Assembly: GCA_001512495.1 (NCBI GenBank)
Contig: LFRU01000057.1
Location: 32,917-96,916, forward strand
Length of the DNA: 64,000 nucleotides
Direction: 5' to 3'
DNA from: Syntrophothermus sp. DTU052
Lineage (GTDB): Bacteria > Bacillota > Syntrophomonadia > Syntrophomonadales > DTU052
The notes below the pieces were generated by a model. It saw only the letters and a list, made by a program, of their open reading frames with translations. It did no database searches and had not been told where the DNA came from. This document shows, in pieces, positions 25,257 to 35,439 of the stretch. A program made the position numbers and the translations under genes. Positions within the stretch are counted from its first letter, which is position 1. Each line of letters begins with the position of its first letter.

Positions 25257-28200
25257 GTGAAGGTTACGCGAAGACAGTTCCTAAAAATCACCGGAGCAAG
25301 TGCTGCCACCTTTGCCGTAATGGACCTGGGATTTAACCTGGGGGCAACAGCTGCCGAGCTTAAAGAATCGCGCATTAAAAACGTAACACCTACACCTACG
25401 GTCTGCCCGTACTGCGCCTCGGGATGTGGTCTCCTGGTTTACGCAGAAAGGGATGCGGAAGGGAAGTTTGTCAAGCTTCTCAGCGTAGAGGGAGATCCGG
25501 ACAACCCGATTAACCGCGGTGGCGCTTGTGCCAAAGGTGCGGCAATGTTCAACCTTAGAGAGATTTATGATGAGAAAACCGGCAAACAGATTATTAACCC
25601 GAAAAGAGTGCAGAAACCACTCTATCGGGCTCCTGGTAGTGAGAAGTGGGAAGAAAAAGACTGGGATTGGATGCTAGATACAATAGCCCAGCGGGTCAAG
25701 GAATCAAGGGATAGAGAATTTATTTACAAAGAGAAACTGGAAGATGGAAGCGAAATTGTTGTAAATCGTAACGAGCGAATTGCGTCAATAGGAGGTTCCG
25801 GTCTGGATAACGAGGAAGCATACCTGCACAGCAAGCTGATGCGGGCTCTCGGAGTTGTCTACCTTGAAACCCAGGCCCGTATCTGACACTCCGCTACGGT
25901 GGCAGGATTGTCACCTTCATTTGGCCGGGGTGTTATGACCAATCATGTTGTTGACCTGAAAAACACTGATTGTGCATTAATCATAGGCAGCAATGCCGCC
26001 GAAAATCATCCAATAACCATGAAATGGCTGACCAAGGCCAGGGAAGAAAGAGGGGCCAAAATTATTCATGTTGACCCCCGGTTTACCAGAACTTCTGCGG
26101 TTGCCGATGTCTATGCACCTCTGCGTTCTGGAACTGATATTCCATTTATCGGCGGTATGATAAAGTATATCCTCGATAACGAGCTTTATCACCGGGATTA
26201 TGTAGCCTATTACACCAATGCCTCATTCCTGGTGGACGAGGGCTATGACTTCCAGGATGGCCTTTTTTCGGGTTATGATGCAGCTAAACGTCAGTATGAT
26301 TCGTCCTCATGGAATTACCAGAAGGATGCCGCGGGCAACCCGATAAGGGATATGACCCTGCAGCACCCGCGCTGTGTCCTGCAGCTGATGAAAAAGCATT
26401 ATGAACGGTATGATATTGATACGGTATGCAGAGTAACCGGGTGTCCCAAGGACAAGTATATGGAGGTTTTAAGAACCTTCTGTGCTACCGGGGCACCGAA
26501 CAAGGTCGGGACCATAATGTACGCCATGGGTACTACCCAGCATACGGTGGGGAGTCAGAACGTTCGTTCTTATGCCATCCTGCAGCTCCTCCTGGGCAAC
26601 ATTGGGAGACCCGGGGGCGGAGTCAATGCCCTGCGGGGAGAGAATAACGTTCAAGGGGCTACGGATATGGCCCTCCTGTTCCATATCATCCCCGGATACA
26701 TCAATTCCCCGATGAACACGGCGGCGCATAAAGACCTGCAGGCTTTCCTGGCCACGGAAACTCCTCCGTCCGGCTTCAAGGTCAATACTCCCAAGTGGAT
26801 GGTAAGCCTGCTTAAGGCTTGGTGGGGAGATGCTGCCACCAGGGATAATGACTTTGCTTACCATTATCTCCCCAAACGGGATGCCAGTAAAAACTATTCT
26901 CATATAGCTATGTTTGAGGCTATGTATGAAGGAAAGATTGACGGTCTTTTCATCATGGGCAGCAACCCGGTAGTAGGCGGGCCCAATGCCAATAAGGAAC
27001 AGGCCGCCATGAGTAAGCTTAAGTGGCTGGTAAGTGTAGATCTGTGGCTCAATGAGTCGGCCGAATTCTGGTCTTACAAGGCCTGGGAAAGACCGGTTAA
27101 AAACCCGGCTGTGCCTCAACTGAAACCTACTGATATTGAAACCGAAGTATTCTTCCTGCCGGCGGCGGGTGTTTACGAGAAAGAAGGAACTGCCTCCAAT
27201 ACCGGACGCTGGATGCAGTTTCGCTGGAAGGGTGCCGAACCGGTTGGGGAGGCCAAGCCCGACCTGTGGATTGTTGACCAGATCGCAAAACGGGTTAAGA
27301 AACTCTATGAAAACAGTACCCTTCCTCAGGACGAGCCGATCCAAAACCTCACCTGGGGCTACGGTCACGGGGAAGAACCGGAGATCGAGCTGGTAGGACT
27401 CGAACTGAACGGATACTATGTGGACAGCGGCAAGCCGGTGGAGAGTTTTGCCAACCTCCGGGACGATGGCAGCACCACCTCAGGCTGCTGGGTCTACTGC
27501 GGGTGCATGACTACCAAGCCCAACGGTGAACTGGATTACAAACCGAAATGGCGTGACAACACTGATAATTCCAAGACCGGGTTGGGATTGTACTCCAACT
27601 GGGCCTGGTCGTGGCCGTTAAACCGCAGGATAGTATACAACCGGTGCTCGGTGCAGCCGGATGGTGTCAATCCATGGCCGGGCGACGATGACCGGGTGCT
27701 TATTAAATGGGATCCCGGCGCAGGTGCTTGGGTGGGCGATGATGTATGCGACTTCAACAAGACTTTGGCTCCCACCGCACCCGGTGGAACCAACCCCTTC
27801 ATTATGAAACCGGACGGTGTTGGCGGCCTGTTTGCAACCACAACCAGTATGAAGGATGGTCCGTTCCCCGAACACTACGAACCGTGGGAGAGCCCGTTTG
27901 AAAACGTATTCAGCAGTCAGCAGAACAATCCGTGTATAAAGATTTGGGAGCCCGACAAACAGGGTACGTCAGATAAGTATCCGATTATTGGTACCACTTA
28001 TCGTGTGGTTGAGCACTGGCAGACCGGGGCTTTGACCCGTAACCTGCCGTGGTTGGCTGAGCTCATGCCCAACATGTTTGTAGAGATGAGCGAGGAACTG
28101 GCTCGCCTCAAAGGCATAAAGAACGGCCATAGGGTTATCGTAACCACCACCAGAGGTGACATCGAAGCCGTCGCCTGTGTTACCAAACGGATTAAGCCGA

Positions 28201-28367
28201 TGGTTGTAAACGGCAAGGAGGTTCACCAGATCGGAATGGTTTGGCACTTTGGATTCAAGGGTTATGCTGTCGGTGATCCCGCCAACCGCTTGACACCGCA
28301 TGTTGGTGACGCCAACACCATGATACCCGAATACAAAGCCTGGCTTTGCGATGTAAGGAGGGCATAA
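25257..28367 (+). CDS. fdhA: formate dehydrogenase catalytic (alpha) subunit, Tat-exported, selenocysteine-containing (in-frame UGA at 25884-25886)
   Basis: The twin-arginine signal is MKVTRRQFLKITGASAATFAV, and CPYCASGCG is the [4Fe-4S] motif. Track ORFs 25257-25886 and 25899-28367 are in the same frame. Read through the TGA they give QARI-U-HSATVAGLSPSFGRGVMTNH, the conserved Sec/Cys active-site context of molybdopterin FDHs. The total is about 1036 codons. Confidence 0.9.
25884..25915 (+). promoter_or_regulatory. UGA(Sec) codon plus bacterial SECIS-like hairpin
   Basis: The TGA is at 25884-25886. The hairpin GGTGGCA-GGAT-TGTCACC (25898-25915) has 7 bp including one G-U pair. It starts 11 nt after the UGA, like the E. 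coli fdhF minimal SECIS. Confidence 0.75.
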
Positions 28368-28369
28368 CT

Positions 28370-29179
28370 ATGGCGAAGATGGGTAATCTTTACGACGCGA
28401 CCAAATGCACAGCCTGCCGCGGTTGCCAGGTAGCCTGTAAAAACTGGAATCAATTGCCGGCAGTGATTGAGCCCTTTAAGGGCAATTACCAGACCCATGA
28501 GACTACCAATGCCAACACCTATACCATTGTCAAGTTCTTCGAATACGATGATGTTTATGGCCCCAAATGGTATTTCTGCAAGCACCAGTGTATGCACTGT
28601 GAATACCCGGCCTGTGTCGAAGCCTGCCCCCGTGGAGCCTTGTATAAGAACGAGTGGGGTGCGGTGCTGAAGGACTACGACAAATGTGTGGGATGCCAGT
28701 ACTGTGTTTATGCATGCCCCTTTGAGATTCCGAAGTACCATAAACCTTCGGATACGGTTACCAAGTGCACCCTGTGTGCCGAACGGGTTGAAGCAGGCGG
28801 AATTCCGGCCTGTGCCAAAACCTGTCCAACCGGTGCGCTGCAGTTCGGTGAACGACAGGAACTGCTGGGTATAGCCCGGGAAAGGGTAAAGTACCTGCGG
28901 GCCAACGGTTATCCCAATGCGACCATCTATGGTGAGCATGAACTGGGGGGGCTGAATAAGCTTTATATTCTCGGCGATGTGCCCGAAAAGTACGGTTTGC
29001 CATCAGAACCGAAGGTCTCATCAATAACCACATTCTGGCAAAATATTGTACAACCCTGGTTTGGCTTACTGATTCCTCTGGCCTTGGCAGGATCCGCAGC
29101 CAGTTTCGTTACCACCCGGTTCCTGAAAGCCAGGCAGGAACAGCAGGAAGGAGGCGTAACCCATGGAACTGATAACTAA
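28370..29179 (+). CDS. fdhB: formate dehydrogenase iron-sulfur (beta) subunit, FdnH-like with a C-terminal membrane anchor
   Basis: It has four Cys clusters (CTACRGCQVACK, CMHCEYPACVEACP, CVGCQYCVYACP, CTLCAERV...CAKTCP) and a C-terminal TM segment, FGLLIPLALAGSAASFV. ATG 28370 follows TAAGGAGGG. Confidence 0.9.
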   Translation: MAKMGNLYDATKCTACRGCQVACKNWNQLPAVIEPFKGNYQTHETTNANTYTIVKFFEYDDVYGPKWYFCKHQCMHCEYPACVEACPRGALYKNEWGAVLKDYDKCVGCQYCVYACPFEIPKYHKPSDTVTKCTLCAERVEAGGIPACAKTCPTGALQFGERQELLGIARERVKYLRANGYPNATIYGEHELGGLNKLYILGDVPEKYGLPSEPKVSSITTFWQNIVQPWFGLLIPLALAGSAASFVTTRFLKARQEQQEGGVTHGTDN

Positions 29180-29840
29180 GTATGAGCCTGATGTTGAACG
29201 TATAGAACGGTTTAGTTTCAGTGCCCGGTTTGCTCACTGGAGCCATACAGTTACATTTGTCATACTGCTGTTAACAGGTCTAGTCCTGTTTATGGATTCC
29301 CGGTGGGACTTCCTGGCAGTTATCTTTGGCGGGTACCGGGGAGCAGGTCTGATACATCGCATTATGGCGGTTTTCTTTACTGTGATTCCACTGGTATGCG
29401 TAGCTGTTAACTGGCGGGGCTTTGTGGATTGGTGGAAGGATGTCTTTTCCTTCGGGTTGAATGATATCAAGTTCCTGCTGACATTCCCCCTGGAGTTCAT
29501 GGGATTTCATGTAAATATTCCTCCCCAGACCAAGTTTAACGGTGGAGAGAAGATGAACTCGGTGGTAACCACTACTTCCTGTATACTGGTGGCAATCAGC
29601 GGTTATATCATGTGGTTCCCATCAATATTCCCTTCGACTCTGGTCAGGTTGGCCTATCCGACCCATGATATATTTATGATTATAGCTACCATGATGGTTT
29701 GCATGCACGGGTACCTGGGTTCGTTACATCCCGGTTCGGGTGAATCGTTCTGGGGGATGGTGAAGGGTACCGTTAAGGCCGATTGGGCGGAACACCATCA
29801 CAAGGCCTGGTACGACCGGCAGCGTGAACAACAGGATTAA
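29163..29840 (+). CDS. fdhC: formate dehydrogenase cytochrome b (gamma) subunit, FdnI-like
   Basis: The 225-aa protein has four TM segments and conserved His residues (RFAHWSHTVTF, LIHRIMAVFF, CMHGYLGSLHP). It overlaps the fdhB stop. Confidence 0.8.
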   Translation: MELITKYEPDVERIERFSFSARFAHWSHTVTFVILLLTGLVLFMDSRWDFLAVIFGGYRGAGLIHRIMAVFFTVIPLVCVAVNWRGFVDWWKDVFSFGLNDIKFLLTFPLEFMGFHVNIPPQTKFNGGEKMNSVVTTTSCILVAISGYIMWFPSIFPSTLVRLAYPTHDIFMIIATMMVCMHGYLGSLHPGSGESFWGMVKGTVKADWAEHHHKAWYDRQREQQD

Positions 29841-29864
29841 GCCGCTGCCAAAACTGCAAAAAAA

Positions 29865-29886
29865 GGGGGAGAGAACTCCCCCTTTT
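29865..29886 (+). terminator. intrinsic terminator after fdhABC
   Basis: GGGGGAG-agaa-CTCCCCC followed by TTTT. Confidence 0.65.
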
Positions 29887-29951
29887 CCTTTACAAGGTCA
29901 GGATGTATTTGTCATAATATCAACAAGTCTTGGGGATAGGAGATGCTATGT

Positions 29952-30794
29952 ATGACAAACCGGATCCCATTTGATCTACCAGAGGGTTATGTGGAATTCT
30001 ACAAAGCTATAGAATCATGGCAGAATGAATTATTCTTCAAACTGAAAAGAGCTGCAGGCATTGGCGATTTTGACGCCGACAGTATCCCCCAGAGTATTGA
30101 GAGGCCGGTTTTGGAAACCCACGGTATTGACATTGATCCCGTTCATTACCGCGAAGCTTTTCTGGAACTGACTCAACTGGTAATGAAGGAAAGGGAAGGC
30201 ATCAAGGACTCTCTGCAGGAGATTGTAAAGGTGTTTTCAGAAATGGACTTTACCGAGATAGCTTTCCGGGTTATAAACAATGACTGTCAGCACTTTGAGA
30301 AACTTGCGGCAGAAAAAGGCCTGGCCGGTGAGCTGGCTTACTTCCTGCTCGATCATGCGTTAAGGCCGTTCTTAAGGTGCTTTGCCCTACCATACCAGGG
30401 GGTGGTAGTCGGAGAGGATTTTCACTGGGAAATGGCGGTCTGTCCGGTCTGCGGTTCTCAGGTCAATTTTTCGCGGGTCCGGGCCGAGGACGGACAGAGG
30501 TTGCTGTTCTGTGAGCACTGTTTTACGGAATGGCCTTCCAGGTATTTGGGATGTATTTACTGTGGCAATACTGAGCCCCTTACTATAAAGTACCTGGTGG
30601 TTGAAGGTGATGATGCCCACCAGTTGTTCGTATGTGAGAAATGTAAAGGTTACCTGAAGACCTTTGACGAACGCAAGGGAGATACAAAAAGGGACCTTTT
30701 TATAGCCGGAATTGAAACCGTTTATCTCGACTTAATTGCTGAAGAAAACGGGTATACCAACAACAGAATAGAGGATGAGCGGAATCTGAATTAA
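29952..30794 (+). CDS. fdhE: formate dehydrogenase accessory protein FdhE
   Basis: It has four CxxC pairs in the C-terminal half (CPVCGS, CEHC, CIYCGN, CEKCKGYLK), the rubredoxin-like FdhE pattern. Confidence 0.75.
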   Translation: MTNRIPFDLPEGYVEFYKAIESWQNELFFKLKRAAGIGDFDADSIPQSIERPVLETHGIDIDPVHYREAFLELTQLVMKEREGIKDSLQEIVKVFSEMDFTEIAFRVINNDCQHFEKLAAEKGLAGELAYFLLDHALRPFLRCFALPYQGVVVGEDFHWEMAVCPVCGSQVNFSRVRAEDGQRLLFCEHCFTEWPSRYLGCIYCGNTEPLTIKYLVVEGDDAHQLFVCEKCKGYLKTFDERKGDTKRDLFIAGIETVYLDLIAEENGYTNNRIEDERNLN

Positions 30795-30807
30795 GAGGGG
30801 GATAGGT

Positions 30808-30993
30808 ATGGTCGGCTTGATTGGTAGCATCGGACCGTGGGAACTGATACTGGTACTGGCTATCCTTCTGATAATAGTGGGTCCCGGAAAGCTGCCCGGT
30901 GTCGGTAAGGCGATCGGCAAATCGATCGGAGAGTTTAAGAGGGCCAGGGATGGGGAACCTGAACCAACGGACCAAGAAAAAAAGGCAGAATAA
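30808..30993 (+). CDS. tatA: twin-arginine translocase subunit TatA/E
   Basis: The 61-aa protein reads IGPWELILVLAILLIIVGPGKLPGVGKAIGKSIGEFKRA. Confidence 0.85.
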   Translation: MVGLIGSIGPWELILVLAILLIIVGPGKLPGVGKAIGKSIGEFKRARDGEPEPTDQEKKAE

Positions 30994-31006
30994 AAGGAAG
31001 GATGCA

Positions 31007-31035
31007 AAAGGTCTGTTAACAGACCTTTTCTTTTA
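31007..31035 (+). terminator. intrinsic terminator after tatA
   Basis: AAAAGGTCTGTTAACAGACCTTTT is a perfect palindromic stem, followed by CTTTT. Confidence 0.75.
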
Positions 31036-31056
31036 AGAAGCAGCGGAGGAGATTGA

Positions 31057-31698
31057 ATGGCTCGGATGTTCCCCATTGTCGTTAATCTTGAGGGTTGTAG
31101 TTGTCTGGTGGTAGGAGGGGGTACGGTCGCCCTGCGTAAAGTCAAGAACCTCCTGCATTGCGGAGCGGCTATCAACGTGGTCAGTCCGTCATTTTGTGAG
31201 GAAATGGCGCTGCTCGGGCGGGAGAAGCAGGTCACCCTCATCCCCCGCAAGTTCGAAGATCGTGATGTACAAGGGCATATGCTGGTTTTTGCCGCCACCA
31301 GTGATGAAATCGTTAATCACAGGGTTTATGAGCTCTGTCGGGAGAACAAAATACTGATCAACACGGTGGATGATCCAGACAGGTGCAATTTTCTGGTACC
31401 TGCAACCATGAGGCGGGGCGCTCTAACTGTCGCTATCAGCACCGAAGGCAGGAGTCCGCTGCTGGCCCGCAAGCTGCGCATGGAAATGGAAGACCGGTAT
31501 GGGCCTGAATATGCCGATTACCTGGAACTTCTGGGTGACGCCCGAGCGGTGGTGAAGGGCACCTTTGACCTGGAATCCACTCGCAAGCAGGTCTTTGCCA
31601 AGATCCTGGAACTCCCCGTATTATCTTTGCTGCAGCAGGGCAAGAAGGAAGAGGCAAAGGAGCGAATAATGCAATGTATATACTCCTGGCCGGATTAA
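31057..31698 (+). CDS. sirC: precorrin-2 dehydrogenase / sirohydrochlorin ferrochelatase (siroheme synthase N-terminal-domain type)
   Basis: FPIVVNLEGCSCLVVGGGTVALRKVKNLL (NAD fold)...VNTVDDPDRCNFLVPA...LTVAISTEGRSPLLARKLR. Confidence 0.8.
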   Translation: MARMFPIVVNLEGCSCLVVGGGTVALRKVKNLLHCGAAINVVSPSFCEEMALLGREKQVTLIPRKFEDRDVQGHMLVFAATSDEIVNHRVYELCRENKILINTVDDPDRCNFLVPATMRRGALTVAISTEGRSPLLARKLRMEMEDRYGPEYADYLELLGDARAVVKGTFDLESTRKQVFAKILELPVLSLLQQGKKEEAKERIMQCIYSWPD

Positions 31699-32984
31699 GC
31701 CACAAGACAGCTCCGGTGGAGCTGCGCGAGAGGATCGCGCTGAGCGGGAAGGCATTGGAAAGGTTTTATCAAGATATAAAGGAAGAACCGGCCCTGGAAG
31801 GGACCGTAGTCCTTTCAACCTGCAACCGGGTAGAGGTTTATTCCACCACCAGGGACCTGGAAGCAGGCAAAAAAGCCCTGAGGGAGTTGGTCGCCCGGCG
31901 TTTGGAGGTGGATGATAAATACCTGGACCGGGTCTTATATATGCCCAATTGCTACCAGGCCATTGAACACCTGTTCAGGGTGGCTTCCGGGCTTGAATCC
32001 ATGGTTTTGGGTGAGACCGAGATCCTCGGACAGGTGCGGGGTGCGTATGACCAGGCCAGGGAGCGCGGAGTCTCCAGCGGGGTGTTAAATACCCTGTTCC
32101 AAAAAGCTATAAGCGTCGGTAAGAGGGTGCGCACGGAAACCGGGCTGGATCGCAATGCGGTTTCCATAAGCTACGCGGCGGTTGAGAAAGCCAAACAGGT
32201 ATTTGGCAGTCTTAAGGGACGCACGGTTTTGGTTGTGGGCGCAGGTAAAATGAGCGGACTGGCCCTGGGTTATTTGATGGATAACGGGGTAACAACCGTG
32301 GTAGTTTCCAATCGTTCCTACGACCGAGCCTTGGAACTAGCCCAAAAGGTTGGGGGAGAAGCGGTGCGGCTGAACCGTTTGTATGAAGAACTGAAGACGG
32401 CTGATATTGTTATCAGTTGTACTGCCGCTTCTCATTACGTGATTCGCCGGGAGGACCTGGAACCATGTCTCGAGAAACGCAGCACCGAACTGCTTTTGAT
32501 CGATATTGCAGTTCCCCGGGATATCGACCCCGCCATAAGCGGGATACCGGGAGTTCATCTCTATGATATAGACGACTTAAATAATGTAGTGGAATCAAAT
32601 CTCCTGGCCCGGCAGAGAGCGGCTCGCCAGGCCGAGAGGATCATTGCCGGGGAGATTGAGGAGTTTAGTGATTGGCTGGCTACGCTTTCGGTGGTCCCGG
32701 TTATTAAGGCCTTAAAGGCCAGGGGGGAGGAAATTCGCGAAACAGAGGTCCGCCGTGCTCTAAACCGGCTCGGAAATCTGACCTCACGGGAAGAGAAGGT
32801 GATCAACGCCCTGGCATCGTCAATCGTCAACCGGCTCCTGCACTTTCCGGTGGTAAACCTTAAGGAGATGGCCGCCGGCGACCGGGGGCACCTTTATGCC
32901 GAAGTAACCAAAACCCTGTTTCAATTAGAAATGGATGCAGAGGAGCATGCGGATGCGCAAAATCAGGATCGGAACCAGGGGTAG
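31674..32984 (+). CDS. hemA: glutamyl-tRNA reductase
   Basis: MYILLAGLSHKTAPVELRERIA...LSTCNRVEVY...GETEILGQV...VVGAGKMS. Confidence 0.9.
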   Translation: MYILLAGLSHKTAPVELRERIALSGKALERFYQDIKEEPALEGTVVLSTCNRVEVYSTTRDLEAGKKALRELVARRLEVDDKYLDRVLYMPNCYQAIEHLFRVASGLESMVLGETEILGQVRGAYDQARERGVSSGVLNTLFQKAISVGKRVRTETGLDRNAVSISYAAVEKAKQVFGSLKGRTVLVVGAGKMSGLALGYLMDNGVTTVVVSNRSYDRALELAQKVGGEAVRLNRLYEELKTADIVISCTAASHYVIRREDLEPCLEKRSTELLLIDIAVPRDIDPAISGIPGVHLYDIDDLNNVVESNLLARQRAARQAERIIAGEIEEFSDWLATLSVVPVIKALKARGEEIRETEVRRALNRLGNLTSREEKVINALASSIVNRLLHFPVVNLKEMAAGDRGHLYAEVTKTLFQLEMDAEEHADAQNQDRNQG

Positions 32985-33882
32985 CAGACTGGCAATCTGG
33001 CAGACGGATTTCGTCGTCAATAAACTGCTGGAACTTGATGACTCCCTGGATATTGAAAAAGTGATGATAAGGACCAAAGGGGACAGATTTCTGGACGTGG
33101 CTCTTTCCCGGATTGGGGATAAGGGCCTGTTTACTAAGGAGATTGAAAAAGAACTCCTTGGCGGCAGCATTGATATGGCCGTCCACAGCATGAAGGACAT
33201 GCCGACCAGGATAACGGAGGGACTCGCTATCGGGGCGGTTCTGCCGCGGGAGAATTGGAAAGACGTGCTGCTGTCCCGGGAGGGCCGGAAGTTGGCAGCA
33301 TTACCGGTTGGGGCCTCCGTAGGCACTTCCAGCCTGAGGCGCCGAGCCCAACTGCTGGCCATGCGGCCCGATCTGAACATTGTGGATTTACGCGGCAACA
33401 TAGATACCCGCATCAAACGGCTGCTGAACGGGGAGCTGGATGCCATAGTCCTGGCCGCCGCCGGGGTGATTCGGTTGGGATACGGTGAACTGGTTGCCGA
33501 GGAGCTGGAATTCATGCCCGCTGTTGGACAGGGAGCGATTATGGTGGAAATTCGCGATGACGACCGGGCTATTGGAGAATTGGTTGCAAAGCTTGATGAC
33601 CGGAGCACACGTTTAGCCATAGCGGCCGAACGTACATTCCTGGCTGAACTGGAGGGTGGCTGTCAGATCCCGGTAGGGTGCCTGGGCAACGTTCAGGACG
33701 AGTTCCTTGCACTTGAGGGTCTGGTATCCGACCTGGAGGGGAAGAGGGTGTTTCGCTCCCGTTTGTCCGGTCCCGCAGACGAGGCCGAGGATTTGGGCAG
33801 AAAGCTGGCTCGAGAGCTGATAAGCCAGGGGGCCGGAGCAATACTGAAGGAGATTAGGAATCAGGAGAGGGATGATGAGTAG
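32953..33882 (+). CDS. hemC: hydroxymethylbilane synthase (porphobilinogen deaminase)
   Basis: MRKIRIGTRGSRLAIWQT...GDKGLFTKEIE...AVHSMKDMP...LRGNIDTR...LEGGCQIPVG. ATG 32953 lies 7 nt after GAGGAG. Confidence 0.9.
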   Translation: MRKIRIGTRGSRLAIWQTDFVVNKLLELDDSLDIEKVMIRTKGDRFLDVALSRIGDKGLFTKEIEKELLGGSIDMAVHSMKDMPTRITEGLAIGAVLPRENWKDVLLSREGRKLAALPVGASVGTSSLRRRAQLLAMRPDLNIVDLRGNIDTRIKRLLNGELDAIVLAAAGVIRLGYGELVAEELEFMPAVGQGAIMVEIRDDDRAIGELVAKLDDRSTRLAIAAERTFLAELEGGCQIPVGCLGNVQDEFLALEGLVSDLEGKRVFRSRLSGPADEAEDLGRKLARELISQGAGAILKEIRNQERDDE

Positions 33883-35413
33883 CACTGGCAAGGTTTACCT
33901 GGTAGGAGCCGGACCGGGGGATCCCGGTCTGCTTACCGTCAGGGCTTGGGAGCTTATCCGTAGAGCCCAGGTCATTGTCTATGATCGTTTGGTGGGGAAG
34001 AGGATCATCAACCAGGGAAAGACTGAGGCGGAGAAGATATATGTGGGGAAGGAATCCGGTCGCCATACTCTTCCCCAGCAGGAGATCAACCGGCTGCTGG
34101 TGGCGAAAGCCAGAGAAGGCAAGATGGTGGTAAGGCTGAAGGGCGGAGATCCCTTCCTGTTCGGCAGGGGAGGCGAGGAAGCCGAATACCTGAGACGGAA
34201 CGGGGTAGATTTTGAGATAGTGCCGGGGGTAACCTCAGCAATTGCAGCCCCTGCATACGCGGGCATACCGGTGACTCATCGCGACTTTAACTCCACCTTG
34301 ACGATTATTACCGGTCACGAACGGCCGGATAAACTGGAGAATTCGGTTTCCTGGAACGAGGTGGCGGCCGGACATGGAACGCTGGTTTTCCTGATGGGAA
34401 TGGAGAACCTTCCCCTTATTGTGGAAAAACTGCTGGCGGGGGGGCGTTCACCCGATACCCCGGTGGCTCTGGTGCGATGGGGAACTCTGCCCCAACAGGA
34501 GGTCCTGGAGGCGACTCTGGAAAACGTGGTGGCAGAGGTTCACACCCACGGATTCCGGCCGCCTGCAGTTATTGTAGTCGGGGAAGTAGTCAGGCTGCGG
34601 CAGGAATTGGCCTGGTTTGACCGGAGGCCCCTGTTTGGCAAAAAGATACTTGTGACCCGGGCACGGGCTCAAGCCAGCAGGTTGGTCACCGTGCTGGAGG
34701 AACTGGGGGCTTGGGTTCTGGAACTGCCAACCATAGCCATCAGTCCGCTGCCGGTTACGAATTTAAGCACAATAATATCCGGTATGGAAAGATACTCCTG
34801 GATTGTGTTTACCAGCGTCAACGGGGTCAAGGTATTTATATCTCATCTATTGGAACAGGGATTTGACGTCAGGGACCTTAAAGGTCCCCGGGTATGTGCC
34901 ATTGGACCGGCTACTGCGGCCGAGGCCGAATCATGGGGAATGAGAGTGTCCGCTGTTCCCGAGGAATATCGAGCCGAGGCGGTGGCCGAAGTCCTGCTGA
35001 GACATGCGGCGGAAGGGGACCGGATCCTGCTACCCCGAGCTCGGGGTGCCCGGGAGATTCTCCCTGAACTGCTGAGATTGCGTGGAATCATTGTGGATGA
35101 GCTGGAGATATATGAAGCAGTTCCCGAAACGATGCTTGATAAGGAAAACCGGGAGTTGCTGGAAGAGGGTCTGGTTGATATCATAACTTTTACCAGCAGT
35201 TCCACGGTTAAGAACCTGGTCACCATTATCGGGGAGGAAATGGTCGGGAGAATACGCGGTAAGGTTCAGGTAGCCTGTATAGGTCCGGTCACGGCTCAAA
35301 CAGCCCGGGAAGCAGGGTTTGAGGTTGATGTGACAGCAGCGGAGTATACCATTGAGGGGCTGGTGCAGGCAATAATTGAGACTTGTACCGGGGCGCAAGA
35401 AGATGTAACCTAA
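33872..35413 (+). CDS. cobA-hemD: bifunctional uroporphyrinogen-III C-methyltransferase / uroporphyrinogen-III synthase
   Basis: The N-terminal half is SUMT (GKVYLVGAGPGDPGLLT...RLKGGDPFLFGRGGEE...VPGVTSA). The C-terminal half is HemD-like (KKILVTRARAQASRL...IVFTSVNGV). Confidence 0.9.
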   Translation: MMSSTGKVYLVGAGPGDPGLLTVRAWELIRRAQVIVYDRLVGKRIINQGKTEAEKIYVGKESGRHTLPQQEINRLLVAKAREGKMVVRLKGGDPFLFGRGGEEAEYLRRNGVDFEIVPGVTSAIAAPAYAGIPVTHRDFNSTLTIITGHERPDKLENSVSWNEVAAGHGTLVFLMGMENLPLIVEKLLAGGRSPDTPVALVRWGTLPQQEVLEATLENVVAEVHTHGFRPPAVIVVGEVVRLRQELAWFDRRPLFGKKILVTRARAQASRLVTVLEELGAWVLELPTIAISPLPVTNLSTIISGMERYSWIVFTSVNGVKVFISHLLEQGFDVRDLKGPRVCAIGPATAAEAESWGMRVSAVPEEYRAEAVAEVLLRHAAEGDRILLPRARGAREILPELLRLRGIIVDELEIYEAVPETMLDKENRELLEEGLVDIITFTSSSTVKNLVTIIGEEMVGRIRGKVQVACIGPVTAQTAREAGFEVDVTAAEYTIEGLVQAIIETCTGAQEDVT

Positions 35414-35439
35414 ATGCTGCAAACAAGGGGGAGAGAAAT

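Noticed and set aside
25257-25886. fdhA appearing as a short 209-aa ORF followed by a separate 822-aa ORF, which could indicate a pseudogene or a split gene.
   Set aside because: Both pieces are in the same frame and separated only by TGA. The flanking sequence is the conserved Sec/Cys active-site context, and a SECIS-like hairpin follows. I interpret it as selenocysteine recoding, not gene decay.
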